A stretch of 64,000 nt of DNA from Lobosporangium transversale (lineage: Eukaryota): assembly GCF_002105155.1 (NCBI RefSeq), contig NW_019028982.1, forward strand, positions 62,001 through 126,000, written 5' to 3'. Every line of letters begins with the position of its first letter. The first letter of the stretch is position 1. The position numbers and the translations under genes were made by a program. Positions 25,439 to 37,892 of the stretch are shown here, one piece after another. The notes under the pieces are model-generated. The model ran no database searches. It was not told the origin of the DNA and was given only the letters and a program-made list of their open reading frames with translations.

Positions 25439-25719
25439 GGTAAGATTGATATAAGTCTGCTTGAAACCTGTTACTTTTAATGGCAAAGCAAAAATCGTGT
25501 ATGCTCTTTTGCCACCAACTGTGGCTTATAGGTTTGTGCTTTTTCTTTTATGAATTTAAGTTTGGACATTGTTCAAAGGATGTAATCGCGATTGAGGAAA
25601 TCTTGTATTACATCTTACTCATAGACAATCAGGAAAGAAGAAGAATAGAAGAAGGAAAAGTGAGAAGACGACAAAAGTACCCATTAGGCAACTAAATAAG
25701 CAGGTTCCATGCAAAAAAG

Positions 25720-28700
25720 ATGGATAATAATGCTCCGTCTGACATGGAATTGTTGGACATGGCGCGAGAGGTCCTTTCCATCTGCAGTGGCCACTCCCTG
25801 AAGGAGATCATCGAAGACCTTGCCATCACTAGAAACAGCGAGCTGACTATCAACCGCATCTTTGAAGGAGAAGTAAGCTTCATATTTTATTATTATCTTC
25901 CTCAGAAAAATAGTCTATTATTGATTTTTTTTTGAGAGATTCCTCCAATTGAAGGACTTATTCGTTCACAAATTCTTTAGTTTCTGAGACCATTACTCCA
26001 TGTACAAGCAGCGGATGTGACAACAGGTGCTTCTCCAGTACTGCTCAGCTCTGATGATGAAAACAGCGACGATGACGAGTTTCTACGACTGATGTCAGGG
26101 AAAGTATCAAGAGCAACAGACACCAAGTCCGCTATCAATTCCATTACTCCTACTGCCACTGTCGCCACCACTGATCCTGATGAAAGCCATTTAACAGCAA
26201 GTAACAAGACAGAGCGGCCTCAGCCATCCGCTTTGCACTCCAACTACGCTTCTATCACCGAAACAGAAGGATTCAAAGGTAGGCAGCGCGAATATTCATT
26301 TGATATTACGCGAAGGCACGCCATTGACAAGCAACAGGATGCTTCGCCATTTATCAAACATGAGCGTCATACGGCCATTACGCGAAATCCATCACCAATT
26401 CTTAAGTGTGAGCTATCTCCAGATACTAAGCGGACTTCGTCCCCGGTTAGAAGACGCACTCCGTCACCAGTACTCAAACAAAAGCAATCGCCACCTTTCA
26501 TAGCGCGTGAGCCATCTCCACAAGATTTTAATCATGGCTGGGACGATATTTGGGAAGTAGAGAATGATTCTGGAACAAGTTTCAAACAGAAATCATCTTC
26601 AGTGCGACTTAATGATTCACCAAAATCATCTTCTCCTAAGGTGAAAACCGAACAAGCTCCTATTAAGATAGAGGGAGATCAGGACGAGCAAGTTATTATT
26701 GATCTTCACAAGACACCCACTAAGGACCTTAAAACTGCTACAAAGTTCCAACTAGTGTCGTCCTTGAACCAGGACGTCTTCTCGGACTGGGATTATGAGC
26801 TCATCTCCTCACCAAGTAATTGCAAAGGGTCTTCCACTGTTATGCTAACGTCACCATCATCATCCAGGCCTGAAAGTTTGGGATCTGGCTCCGAATCAAG
26901 ACAACTCCCTTCATCCATTATCAACTCAACTACTCAAAAGAAGTCAACCATCAAGACCACCACAGCTGGTACCGGGACGACAGTGGATTCGGGGTTGTCC
27001 AAAGAGCAGTTGTCATCTTCAATTAATCGGACCACGCCCCTATCAAAAGCAAATTCATCAGAGGCTCTCACGTCCCCCAAGCCATTGTTGTCTCCAGTAA
27101 CGACATATAGATCCCGTATAGGGTCACCCACAGCTAGTGATTTGATGCCCAGCAAAACAGGCCTTGACAGTGATACTATTAAAGACACGCAGGATAGAGT
27201 CAAATTAATTGGCGATTATAGGGTAGAGCTATTTGAGAAACTCTCGGATATTCCAGGTCAATGGAACAATCTGGTCGACACAAGTCTAAGTCCACCAAGG
27301 AACCCTTTGGATGACACCTATGATAGGGAAATGGAAGAGCTGATGAATGACATGTCATGGAAAGGACAAAGTGGGAAGAAAAAGACAAACATATCTCGGT
27401 CAAACTCATCTAAAAATCTAGCCAAGGTCAATTACAGTGATAGCCGCAAGGGCAAGAAGCGAGCTTCAACATCAACGGAAATAGATTTAGAGGATTGGAA
27501 TTCAGAGCTCGGATCCTCCGACAGCTTTGGATTAAGTCCTTTAGAGCAAAATGATTCCCCATTATCATTGCAGGATGAAATCGTAAAGAGGGCCAAGCGG
27601 AGACAAAAGGCAAAAGCACAACCAAATAATGGTGATTGTGACCCAGAGGACAACAGTATTTCTGATACAGCAATTGAAGTAGAAAGGCGTAAAGCAGAGG
27701 ACGCGGCTCTTAAAGAGGCTCAGAAGCGTGCAAAAGAAGCTGAAAAGCAGGCTAAAGAGGCCGAGAAATTAGCCAAGAGAGCGGCTCGAGAAGAAGAGCT
27801 ACGACGGAAGCGGGAGCTTAAAGATCGGGAGCGACTGAGCAAGGAAGATGAGAAAGAGGCAGAAAAGAGGGCTCAGCGCGAATTGCGCATCGCTAACAGG
27901 TTAACCACAAAGTATGAAGGAGTCAAAGAAATGATCGTCTGCATCGAGCAATCGCTCTACCATTCTTCATTCGGTCTTACACTACAGGATTATATCGCTT
28001 CCATTGAATGTCAGGTTAGACTCCTGCGGGCAACAGGGGCTGGGGGATCTACAGCTGAGCTACCACCTGGCACTCGAATGGATGACTCTATTGACTCAAT
28101 TCCTTTTAAGGATCTCGTCTATTGGCGGCGTGTTGTTGACCGTCGATACGACGAAGAAAACGATGCTTATGTCATGCTCCCGGAGCAGGAGATTGTACTT
28201 GAGCCATTTGTGCTCTTTTACGTGACTGCAACAGATCTAGCTAGGATGATCCATGATGCTAGTCTCAAGAGCCACTTGGCATCGATTAAGCGAGATATCA
28301 AATTGCGAAAAAACAAGGAACGTCTAAAATTATCAAGTTTGCCACATCATCAGAACACACATCTCATAGAAGATCCAGGCCAGCGACCACGTATCATTAT
28401 CTTGATATCGGGGGTAGATAACTACTATCGTGAGCTTAGGAAAGCAATTACAAAAAAGTTTCAGCAGGCAGTCTTGGCCAGTCTTGACAATAATTCCGGA
28501 CAACGACAAGCTTTGTCGTTGAATATGGCCGCTGCAGAGAAAGAAACAGTGCTAGAGCAAGAGCGTATAGAAGAGGAGATGCTTAAGCTTCAGCTGGAAC
28601 ATGACTGCCTTGTTATTCAACCAGCTGACGATGAAGAATCAGCCCAATATATTGTCAGTTTAACGGAGCAAATTGGTCTCCGCCCATACAAGTAACGATT

Positions 28701-29255
28701 AGAGCACTTTTATGTGTGAAATGACCCACTCTCATTTGTAACTGCTGTATCATAAGGTTCTAAAGGATTAACATTTTTCTTTCTTCCTCTCTATCTTTGT
28801 CGATATCTTCATAGGGAGGCTCGCAGGACGAATCTGAACGTTTGTGTGGAAGGTATTCGCTCTGGGTTAGATCCCAGCGACACATGGATCAAGAGCCTCC
28901 AAGAGATTCATATGGTAACACACTTGATTGCAAAATCAATTGCAGAAGAGTATCCATCAGTTAAGAGCTTATATGAGGGATATCGTCAAGCCCAGGGCAT
29001 ATACCAAGCGCAAACAATGCTAGAGGATATTCCGGTGAGGACTATATCACAACTGTATAAGAAAGGTATTTTTGCTCAATAGGATCATATAGCTAATTTA
29101 TGTACATCTTTTTTTTTTATTGCATACTTGCGTGCTTGAATTACATGCAATTACTATGTTAGGTCATTGGTAGGCGATCTGTTGTTGGGAGGACGATCTC
29201 GAAACGCATTTACGACGTATTTATGAGTGAAGATCCAGAGAGACCAGTGGTGTAA
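25720..29255 (+). CDS. EME1: Crossover junction endonuclease subunit EME1/Mms4, multi-exon
   Basis: ERCC4-like region (KEMIVCIE; VYWRRVV...YDE; IEEEMLKLQLEH; YIVSLTEQIGLRPYK) and a C-terminal HhH region (DTWIKSLQEI...AKSIAEEYPSVKSL; RRSVVGRTISKRIYDVFMSEDP). Confidence 0.85.
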
Positions 29256-29338
29256 CACGTTCTGTAGATGTACTTGAAGAATAAATGAAAGATAATTGGC
29301 CAGTCACGATCCAAAGTTTTGGTCTTTCCAGAGTTGGC

Positions 29339-29385
<47 letters not shown>

Positions 29386-29419
29386 AATTCCATAATCATA
29401 CGGAGGAAACTGTTCAGGA

Positions 29420-30945
29420 ATGGCTCATTTCACATCCAGGACAATTCTTCAAGCTTCATGGATGCTTAGATCCATGAATCGCATTTCCAGACAAGATGCA
29501 TTAAAATCGATAGCAACAATGAAAAATTCACACCAAACATGTCTGATCAGTAAAAGCACAGGGCCTTCGGGAGTCTTCACCACTAGCTCACGTTTGTATA
29601 GCCAGCTGCCAACAACGGTACCTCAAAAGGATGCAAATGACCCGAGGGAAGCTGGGAATAATGATGGAACCGAAAGCGAGGCACCAAGAACCCTTTCCTA
29701 TTCCCCCTATGGCGGAAGGTTTGGTGTTCCGGAACAGCCCATCAGTACTAAATCCAAAGCCCTTACCCAAGCCAAATCAAAGAAATCCCCGTTTGCAAAG
29801 GCTAAAGAGGGGATGAAGAGTAAAGTGAGTGACTGGGGTGATAAGGAAAAAAACTTGGAAAAACGGAAGGAACTGTAAGTATTAGAACGAATAATTCGGT
29901 CAATGTTTATTTTTATTTTTTTTATTTCGACTATCAATTCTCGGTAATTGATGTTTTTATTTTGTTATTTAGGCTCCATGATTTCCAGTCAGGCTACTTT
30001 GCTGAGCTTAGTGAGCTTAATAGGACGGGATCCAAACTGTGGAAGGGAACTCCAAATATGATTTCTGCTGATGTATGCTTTTTATTTTGTTTTATTCTAT
30101 ATTTTTGGACGTGATAAATGTTCCTGTCATTCTTCATTTATTATTACTTATTTATTCTTTTATTTATTTATTAGAAAGCATTGTATATGCCTAATATCAC
30201 TGGTACTTCACTAAAGACATCCAAGCCAGTGGAACTTGTTGATCTCTTACATGGAAAGGTCTCTTTGGTGGCCATTTCAGGGACACGTTTTGGTGAAGAG
30301 CAGCTGGAGACATTTGTGAAACCCTTTTTGGAGAAATGGCCGATGGGTATGGCAAATTCTAAAGTTCAACTTGTTGAGGTAATTTCGAGGAGGGAGAGGG
30401 AAATATATTATTAGTGGGAACATTGGATCTGGAATCATTTTAAACCTCATTCATAAGCGCATGCCTAATAATTTCCTTCTTTCACTCACGCGTAATTTCA
30501 TGCCATTAAACTTGATCTTATAGCTCAATATACAAGAAAACCCACTAAAGGCAGGGTTGGTTCGCATGATGGTCCCATTCGTGAGGAAAAGTATTCCTGA
30601 AGAACGACATGTACGTGCCCACGCTCTTTAACTCTCTTCTGAATAAGCTTTAATTGAAAATTACCTTGCAAAAAAAAAAAAAGGATTGTTACTGTTGAAC
30701 GCTTTGTTCATCTCTTTATTATTATCGTTGTACTCTTGTTTCAATAGGCCACTTATATGTTACATTATAAGTCCATCAAACATCTGAAGGGTCCGCTAAG
30801 CATGCCAAATTCGTATCTTGGTTATGTGTTCCTTGTTGATGGCAATTGTAAAATTCGATGGGGCGCACATGGCAAGGCCACCGAAGAGGAGCTTCAAACA
30901 CTCCTTGATAGCGTGCAGCGACTGTCAGAACGTGGAGGGAAATAG
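29420..30945 (+). CDS. ATP10: Mitochondrial ATP synthase assembly factor ATP10, 5 exons
   Basis: Presequence-like N-terminus; NLEKRKEL, GYFAEL, KALYMPNITG, LNIQENPLK and GYVFLVDGNCKIRWGAHGKATEEE. Confidence 0.9.
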
Positions 30946-31827
30946 ATACAACCATCTTTTATTTTTATCTTGTAGACTAAAATAACCAGTTAAAGAAAGT
31001 GCATTTCGTTCAACTTGAGAATTGTGAAGACTTTCAGGTTCATAAAATAAGGGAGGGGAAACCTGAATTGAAACCTTTCCAATCTGCACGTGCGCACGGA
31101 CCATTAGTCGTTTTGATCTGTGAAAGCAGCCAGAAAATGTGCGACAATATGCATGGCAAAAAAAAAAAAAAAAAAAAAAAAAAAGGGTTCTCTATGTGCA
31201 CTCCATCGAGGACTTGAGGAAATCATCAGGGCATCGCTGTTGTGGATTCAGAAAAATAAAATAAAATAAAACGCTCATTAAGCTAGTTGAACAAATGTCA
31301 ACTTTTGAGCTGTTGTAATCATATTTCTTAGGATGTGGTGAACCTCAAAGATTCATGCATACAAATGATATCAAGATGGTAAGTGAGTGGATGAGGAGGC
31401 GTTTTAAGAACCATGAGCGTCATCTCGCTTGTTGAGATCCTGTGACACGTTATATCCGTCCGGCGTTGAGAGTGTTGATGCATGATGAATCACATGAATT
31501 TACATGGCGTAGGACCAAACTTTTGTCAAGTTGACATGTAGTTGTTTGAGACCAGATGGCAAATATAAGTGACTCTTTACTTTTTTTTTTTTCTGATCAA
31601 TGCTACGCAAGTTGTATCGATAAGGAGCTCATACTCTGCGACATTTAAAGCCTAAATTATGGGTAATCTTTTCCTTCTGGTTTTATTTTGTGTCGCACTG
31701 CATCTGTAGATAGCGGGGATACCGATTTTAATGCACTTGGTGAAGAGGAAGCCAAGGGATGTATGTTGTAATTATTTCCATACTCACTACCAAAAGCCTT
31801 ACATTGTGAAAGATATAATATGTTGCT

Positions 31828-33660
31828 TTAAAACTTCATCCACGGCTTCTTTGCGCGTATGTGGTTTCTAAACGTATCAACGACAAACCCGCGCTTGAAA
31901 GTCTCTGTCTCCAAGCAGACAAGTTCCTTCCAGTGACCCAAAATCCACTGTGCTTCCGACAACCCCATCTTCAGATCATAGCAGCCCCATATCCCCAGCC
32001 TTCGAAGCCGCTTCAGCCCTGCCAGCTGACCTAGATAACCATCTTCAGACAGATGCAGTAGGCTTTCATTGCAGGTCAATTTGAAGGACCTGAGTTGCTG
32101 CATTTCACCAACCTGCCCAAATAACTTTTGTAATTGTAGTCGCCTATCACATTGATGAGATGGATCGTCACCACTATTACTCAACCTTTGAGGAGGCGAT
32201 GCGGCGAAGGCTACCAGTTGTATTTGCAACCGTAGATCCAGCTGCTGTAGTCCGAGACAAGTCCACGTTGGAGGCCCATTATCAAAAATGAAATCTTCAT
32301 TGTATTTTTGGTACTTTCCGGGATCGACGGTTGCTTCGACATTTAACCATGTTGAAACGTTGACAACCTGTAGCTTTGGGAGCTTACTTAAAAGCTTCAT
32401 GAGCAGCCTCAGATCAATAGGGTTCTCGCGAGAAGGTAATTCGAGACAAGTCAATGTCTGGGCATGAAATCGTGTTAAGGCTAGCAGGTGTCTTCCACTT
32501 CCTGGCGCGAAGTTGGCTTCATACGACACAAGTCCACGTTCGGCGTTGATATATTGCTCGTACCCAAGATTTCCTCTTTGCGAGCCATTAGTTCTTAGTA
32601 TGCCACAGCCACTGATTCTTTTGTGCTTGTCGTTGATGACATTTAGGCCATCACTATCATTACCACAGGCATTATCATTATTACCATTATTGCCACTATT
32701 ATTACTGCCGATAGCCTCCAGTAGTTCTCCAACCATGCTTTCATCCTCACAGATGCTCCTGAGAATCAAACATTTCAAATGCAGACATATCTGGCCCTCG
32801 AGGGTCGAAATTATCTGTTTCAGAGCGTCTTTTGCAAATGAATACCGTAGAATGAGTTTTTCCAGATGAGGGCATCGTTGTAATAGCCATATCAAGATTC
32901 GGGGATCGCCGCCATGCTTTAAGGTACCAAAGTCCAATACCCGCATGGAACGAAATTCTTCATCTGAGGAAAAGCTCTTGCATAATAAAGCGGCTGATAT
33001 GGACTCTTCAAAAGAGGGGCCTTTTAGGCTTGAAGATGTTTTGAAGGATCGTTTACAGACATTATATGAGGGAGGTATGGGCCAGAGTTTGAGAGTAGTC
33101 AATCTTTTACAAGACTGCACCAAGGTCCAAAGATACTCCATCTCGATAGGGTAGATCCATGCGACTGTCAGATGCTGGAGACCTGGATGAGGTAAGAGGA
33201 CGAGTTGGATCAGTCGATCCCAAAATCGAACTGTTGGCCGCTTGAAGTTAAGTTGTAGATGAGTTAAGGAGGGTGTGCTTTCAATAAAGTTTAGCATATG
33301 TTCCTCTTCTTCCTTGAAATGGGACGATGATGAATAATGACGGTGTGCAGAGTTGTCCACCTGAATCTCGAGCGACAGGAGCCGGGGAAATGTCCATCCG
33401 TCTCGATCAAGTGTGGGTAGGATTTTGGTTGTGTTTAGTATTGATAAGGAACGGACAAGATGCTGATAGCGCCGTAGGTCGGATATCGCAGGAGGTGGAG
33501 CAGTCCTACAAATGATTGTGCGCCAGAGCGTAGGTGTAAACCATTCATGCCATGCTTTAGATACAAGAACACATTTGGCGAGTTCATTTCGTGAAAGGTG
33601 TTTTGTCACCAAGTCTTTAATGAGCGGAATGTCAAAAAGCATTTCTCTCAATGGTGCCAT
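31828..33660 (-). CDS. F-box / leucine-rich repeat protein, intronless
   Basis: N-terminal F-box (FDIPLIKDLVTKHLSRNELAKCVLVSKAWHEWFTPTLW), LxxL repeats, and the C-terminal WTCLGLQQL...LGQLAGLKRLRRL...EAQWILGHW. Confidence 0.82.
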   Translation of the reverse strand: MAPLREMLFDIPLIKDLVTKHLSRNELAKCVLVSKAWHEWFTPTLWRTIICRTAPPPAISDLRRYQHLVRSLSILNTTKILPTLDRDGWTFPRLLSLEIQVDNSAHRHYSSSSHFKEEEEHMLNFIESTPSLTHLQLNFKRPTVRFWDRLIQLVLLPHPGLQHLTVAWIYPIEMEYLWTLVQSCKRLTTLKLWPIPPSYNVCKRSFKTSSSLKGPSFEESISAALLCKSFSSDEEFRSMRVLDFGTLKHGGDPRILIWLLQRCPHLEKLILRYSFAKDALKQIISTLEGQICLHLKCLILRSICEDESMVGELLEAIGSNNSGNNGNNDNACGNDSDGLNVINDKHKRISGCGILRTNGSQRGNLGYEQYINAERGLVSYEANFAPGSGRHLLALTRFHAQTLTCLELPSRENPIDLRLLMKLLSKLPKLQVVNVSTWLNVEATVDPGKYQKYNEDFIFDNGPPTWTCLGLQQLDLRLQIQLVAFAASPPQRLSNSGDDPSHQCDRRLQLQKLFGQVGEMQQLRSFKLTCNESLLHLSEDGYLGQLAGLKRLRRLGIWGCYDLKMGLSEAQWILGHWKELVCLETETFKRGFVVDTFRNHIRAKKPWMKF

Positions 33661-36051
33661 TAGAGAAGAATGATTACCTTTCTGTCTTTGAATATTTATT
33701 TATTTATTTTTAAAAGATCCCTCGTGCGGCAGTTGACATCCGTGCATTCTATCTCTGGGGGGCGCAGCAGGTTAAGTGGAGCACGTTACAGAGGCAACAT
33801 GACGCCATGTTTTGTAAAGTACTTCTAGGGCATGCTTGACCAATATGTTATGGCTCACATTACACTAGAATGTTATGCAGGCAGTATATGTAGCCTGAGC
33901 ACCATCAATAAAAGCATTGGTGGATATGGTGGCGTCCAAAAACATCCCTTAGACTGACAATTTCAGCAAAGGTAGCAATAAAGATGATCATTCTAGACGT
34001 TGATATGGATACAATAACGGATATGTGTTGGAAGATCGCCATTGTCCGAGTGTACCAACGAAGACGTCTTGTACGGAGCTGAAATCGTCCGTGCAGATCC
34101 TACAACCACCTCTTTTACTGCTATCTGAGCTGATATCATCAAACTTTGCTTCCACCATCATCTACACAATTGTTCATTAGCAGCTTGCCAGCATCAGTTG
34201 TCATCTATAAGAGTAAGAAGACCTCTCTCGAATCAGTCGTCTCCAGACATCCACAGTCTTGAAGGTTTATAATGCAGCCCTACGTTCATTCCAACACATC
34301 TGGCACCTCCAACTCTACTCGAGGTTTGGGATAAAAGCCAGGGACGGTATTTATAGATACTGTTGGTATCTAACCGCCATCATCTACGATTGATCTTGCT
34401 TGATCTTACATAGTTGTCGATTTTTTGGCATTGGTTGAGTTTAATAAAGCCATGGAGGAACCCGAATGATTATAGAATCATTTACAATTCCAGATCCGTT
34501 CGCTGGGATATATCACCTTCAGCACAGAAGATGCAACAATGAAAGCTTTAAAATACGCCCCTTCTGGCAGCAGCATGAGTGTACTATGGCTGGAAGACAC
34601 AAGAAGGTCTACGAAGAATCGAACTCAACGAAAATACGTATCTAAAGGTTACATTCACATAAGAGGAAAAACACACAAAAAAAAAAAACTAACAAGTTAA
34701 TATCGTGTAGTTTCTCATTGTTAATGATTGAGTGTTTAAATTCCTATAAATGGGTTCAAGAGCAGGGGATGAATGAAGAGGAAATGAGGTTTCAATATCC
34801 TTAGATCCATGTTGAATATCGCCTTACTTGCACAAGTCCTTGTGGTTTTTTATCATTTTTTAATGAAACATCCATGTGGCGGGGGTGGTTCAGGAGTTTT
34901 TTTGAGGCAGCAGTAAGATGTGATTAAAAGACGAAGAGGGGTCTATGCTCATGTTGTAGTCAAAAGCACACCGTCCAGGTACTATCTCGCTCCTTTGTAC
35001 CGTGTACAGTATATATATATTAGTATATACATTGACTGTTGGCTTTGTAGAATTTTTTATGGCTCTACTGTCAGTACCCAAATGCTCCCTGGGCCAATGT
35101 TTAATCAAATTGTTCCACGAAAAAGGGCTCTTCTAGCAACAGTGCGACGCCAAATGTCTCTCATATTAAATATCACGATTACTGCTCACAGGCAGGCAAG
35201 AGAATGGGTGACTATGTGCTATCAAGGGGGTAACTGTAGAAAAATATATATATATATATACCTGGAGGGTCACCATTCTAGCTATAATAGATATTTAGCT
35301 CCTCCTGAACCCTATCGGGCGCCTATCACTTGATTTGGGAAAAAGAATTCATCATTTCTTCATGGTGAATCATGGAATAGAGCCTCGAACCCTAATATGC
35401 TGATCCATAAAACAATCAAAGTTGAAGTGTCGAAGCACTCCAGTTGTGCTTATAATCAAAGGAGAGCCACCATGGTTCCTTTTCTTTTATCAGTAGAGTC
35501 TTGTATAACAGATGAACGGGGATGTATACATGTATTAATGTATATACAATGTATTCTCTACACTCTTACACTTGTAGGCTGCAACACTAATTACATCCCA
35601 TAGTCTAGTCAAGAGAGTCTAACATTACATAAAATGTCTTGTCCCAGTCATAGTCAGGGCATAGCCCAATTCGTAGATGAATTTCCCATAGTGTAATAGG
35701 TTGTTTCAGTAATATCCACGCGCGTGCCCTGAAGTATAAATATAAAAAGAAAAGCACCGTTTTGATTTTAGACATTACAATGACAAGGAGTACAAGATGT
35801 GGAGTACATCGATAAATAAATATATAAAATGTCGATGTTTACACCGGATTTGTATATGTATACAAGTGTTATGATGGGAAATGCATGTTCTCATATTTTC
35901 ATAAAAAATATAGATGGTTCTGGCTCTGATTTATATACATAAAATATAGATATGAATTATAGGTTGTTTAGGGAACTATTGTATTCAGGATCGTTGTGTC
36001 CCTAGAAAAAAAAAGTTTCCATGCCAGGAACCGCTTGAGGGAAGAAGTTCG

Positions 36052-36084
<33 letters not shown>

Positions 36085-37724
36085 AAAGGAGTTTTAAAAA
36101 AACATGACGACAAGGCGCGCTTTAGTTGCATGGCCTGCCTGCATAAGGAAGATTTCCAACCCCTGAGTTGGAAAAAAAAAGAAAAGATAAAACATGGACT
36201 TGACCGAATTTAAAAAAGTTGTGTGACATTGAAAAATCAAAGTAGAAAAAAAAGGCGGCGAGTAAAGACTAAAAGGTTAGTGGTCTCTAAGCTATAAATA
36301 GGCACTTCCCTCTCGTTTCCAGATTCCATTGTCTACATACACATGGCGATCATCCCGTTCCCCTACCACATTGAACATGAGGAGATCATTGTTTGGTATC
36401 TGGGAGTATCAACTGAAAACATGTTCGTTCACATAGGACACGTAGGAAATAGACCATGAATTATGTGTTTATTTATTTAACCGATTGAATTGTAATAACA
36501 TTGGACATTAGTATGGAATTATAGATCAACAACAACAACAACAAAAAAAATTTTTTTTTAGGGATCAAGGCTTCAACAGAAACAGACAGGGATTTCTTGT
36601 TGAATACCAAATTACAGGGCTCCCATGTGTACAAATGGATGTACGCACACCAACAACTTTTATTGATTGCTGGCGATGTGTATGGTATGCAGAGTAATTA
36701 GAGTAATAAAACTATGTGTGGTTGCCATGGTGCTATTGTTGTTGTTGTGTGACCGTGTGAGCAAGATGGCAATGACAATTATAGGCTGATGTGAATGTGA
36801 TTTTTTAAACAAACAAGGACAAGACAGGGGCAAAACAGGACACAGTATTTATATAATAATACATATAATATATCGCCAATTTTATTTGGTCACGATACCT
36901 TATATTTTTAATCTAAAAACGATGATTGAATTGTTCTGGTGGCATCTCACTACGTGACGGACTTGCAACAATACTCGTAACAAGCGAGCTAATTGGCTGC
37001 CAATACACTCGAAAGTATTCAAAAAATATAAGGTATCGCGACCAAATGAAACGGGCTATATAAAGAGTAACTGTTGTAGAAAACAAGTGAAAAAGAAAAA
37101 AGAGCGATGATGCACTACAAACGGACTTTTGGGGGGTTGCTGCAATGGGGGTGCTTTGATGGATGATAGACTGTGGTATGGTTCTAATGGGAAAGAGGGT
37201 CTTGATGAATCTCGGAATCAAGCCGAGTCAAGCAAAGCAAACGTCCGAGTGCCCTTGCATGGGTCGCGACTTTTTTTTTTTTTTCTTGACATTATACACT
37301 TTACACCAGAGACACTATTACACTGTTACACTTTTAGACTTTTACACATTACACTTTTTTTTTTATATTCTCTCTTTTTCCCATTTTCTTTCTTCTCTTT
37401 CTTATTACCAAACGCTACCTTTTCCTTTTTTTTTTTTTTTTTTTTTTTTTTCTGCGCTTGGAAGCTTCATTTGTACACATTCATACCCTTACGATTACTT
37501 GCAACAGTCTCTCTCTCTCTTCTTTGACCTGATCTCACCTATTGAATCACTAATTTGTATACACCTTCAAACCATTTCTCACTTTACATGACCCCTTCAC
37601 TTCAACAATAACAACCATTCTTCATTTTTTTTTTTTTTTTTTTTTTTAAAACGACTCTTCTTATTACTTCTCACACTCCACGCATACAGACAGACATATT
37701 GTATTACTAATTGCTTCCTTCTCT

Positions 37725-37855
37725 TTTTACTACTACACTACACTACGCCTCACTTCACTACACTGCACCTCACACTACACTAGTCCACATTCATTACATT
37801 CATTACATTCTAAACTTATCCTATCCAATCCAATCCAATCCAATTTAATCCAATC
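37725..37855. repeat. Compound microsatellites (CTACA)n, (CATTACATT)n and (CCAAT)n upstream of the phosphatase gene
   Basis: Seen directly as imperfect tandem repeats. Confidence 0.7.
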
Positions 37856-37892
37856 CTTTTTCTCATTCTTCCTTCATAGTCACATTTCAGTC

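Noticed and set aside
35382..35392. Second B-box-like motif (GGGTTCGAGGC, minus strand)
   Set aside because: A weaker match with no supporting structure; expected by chance.
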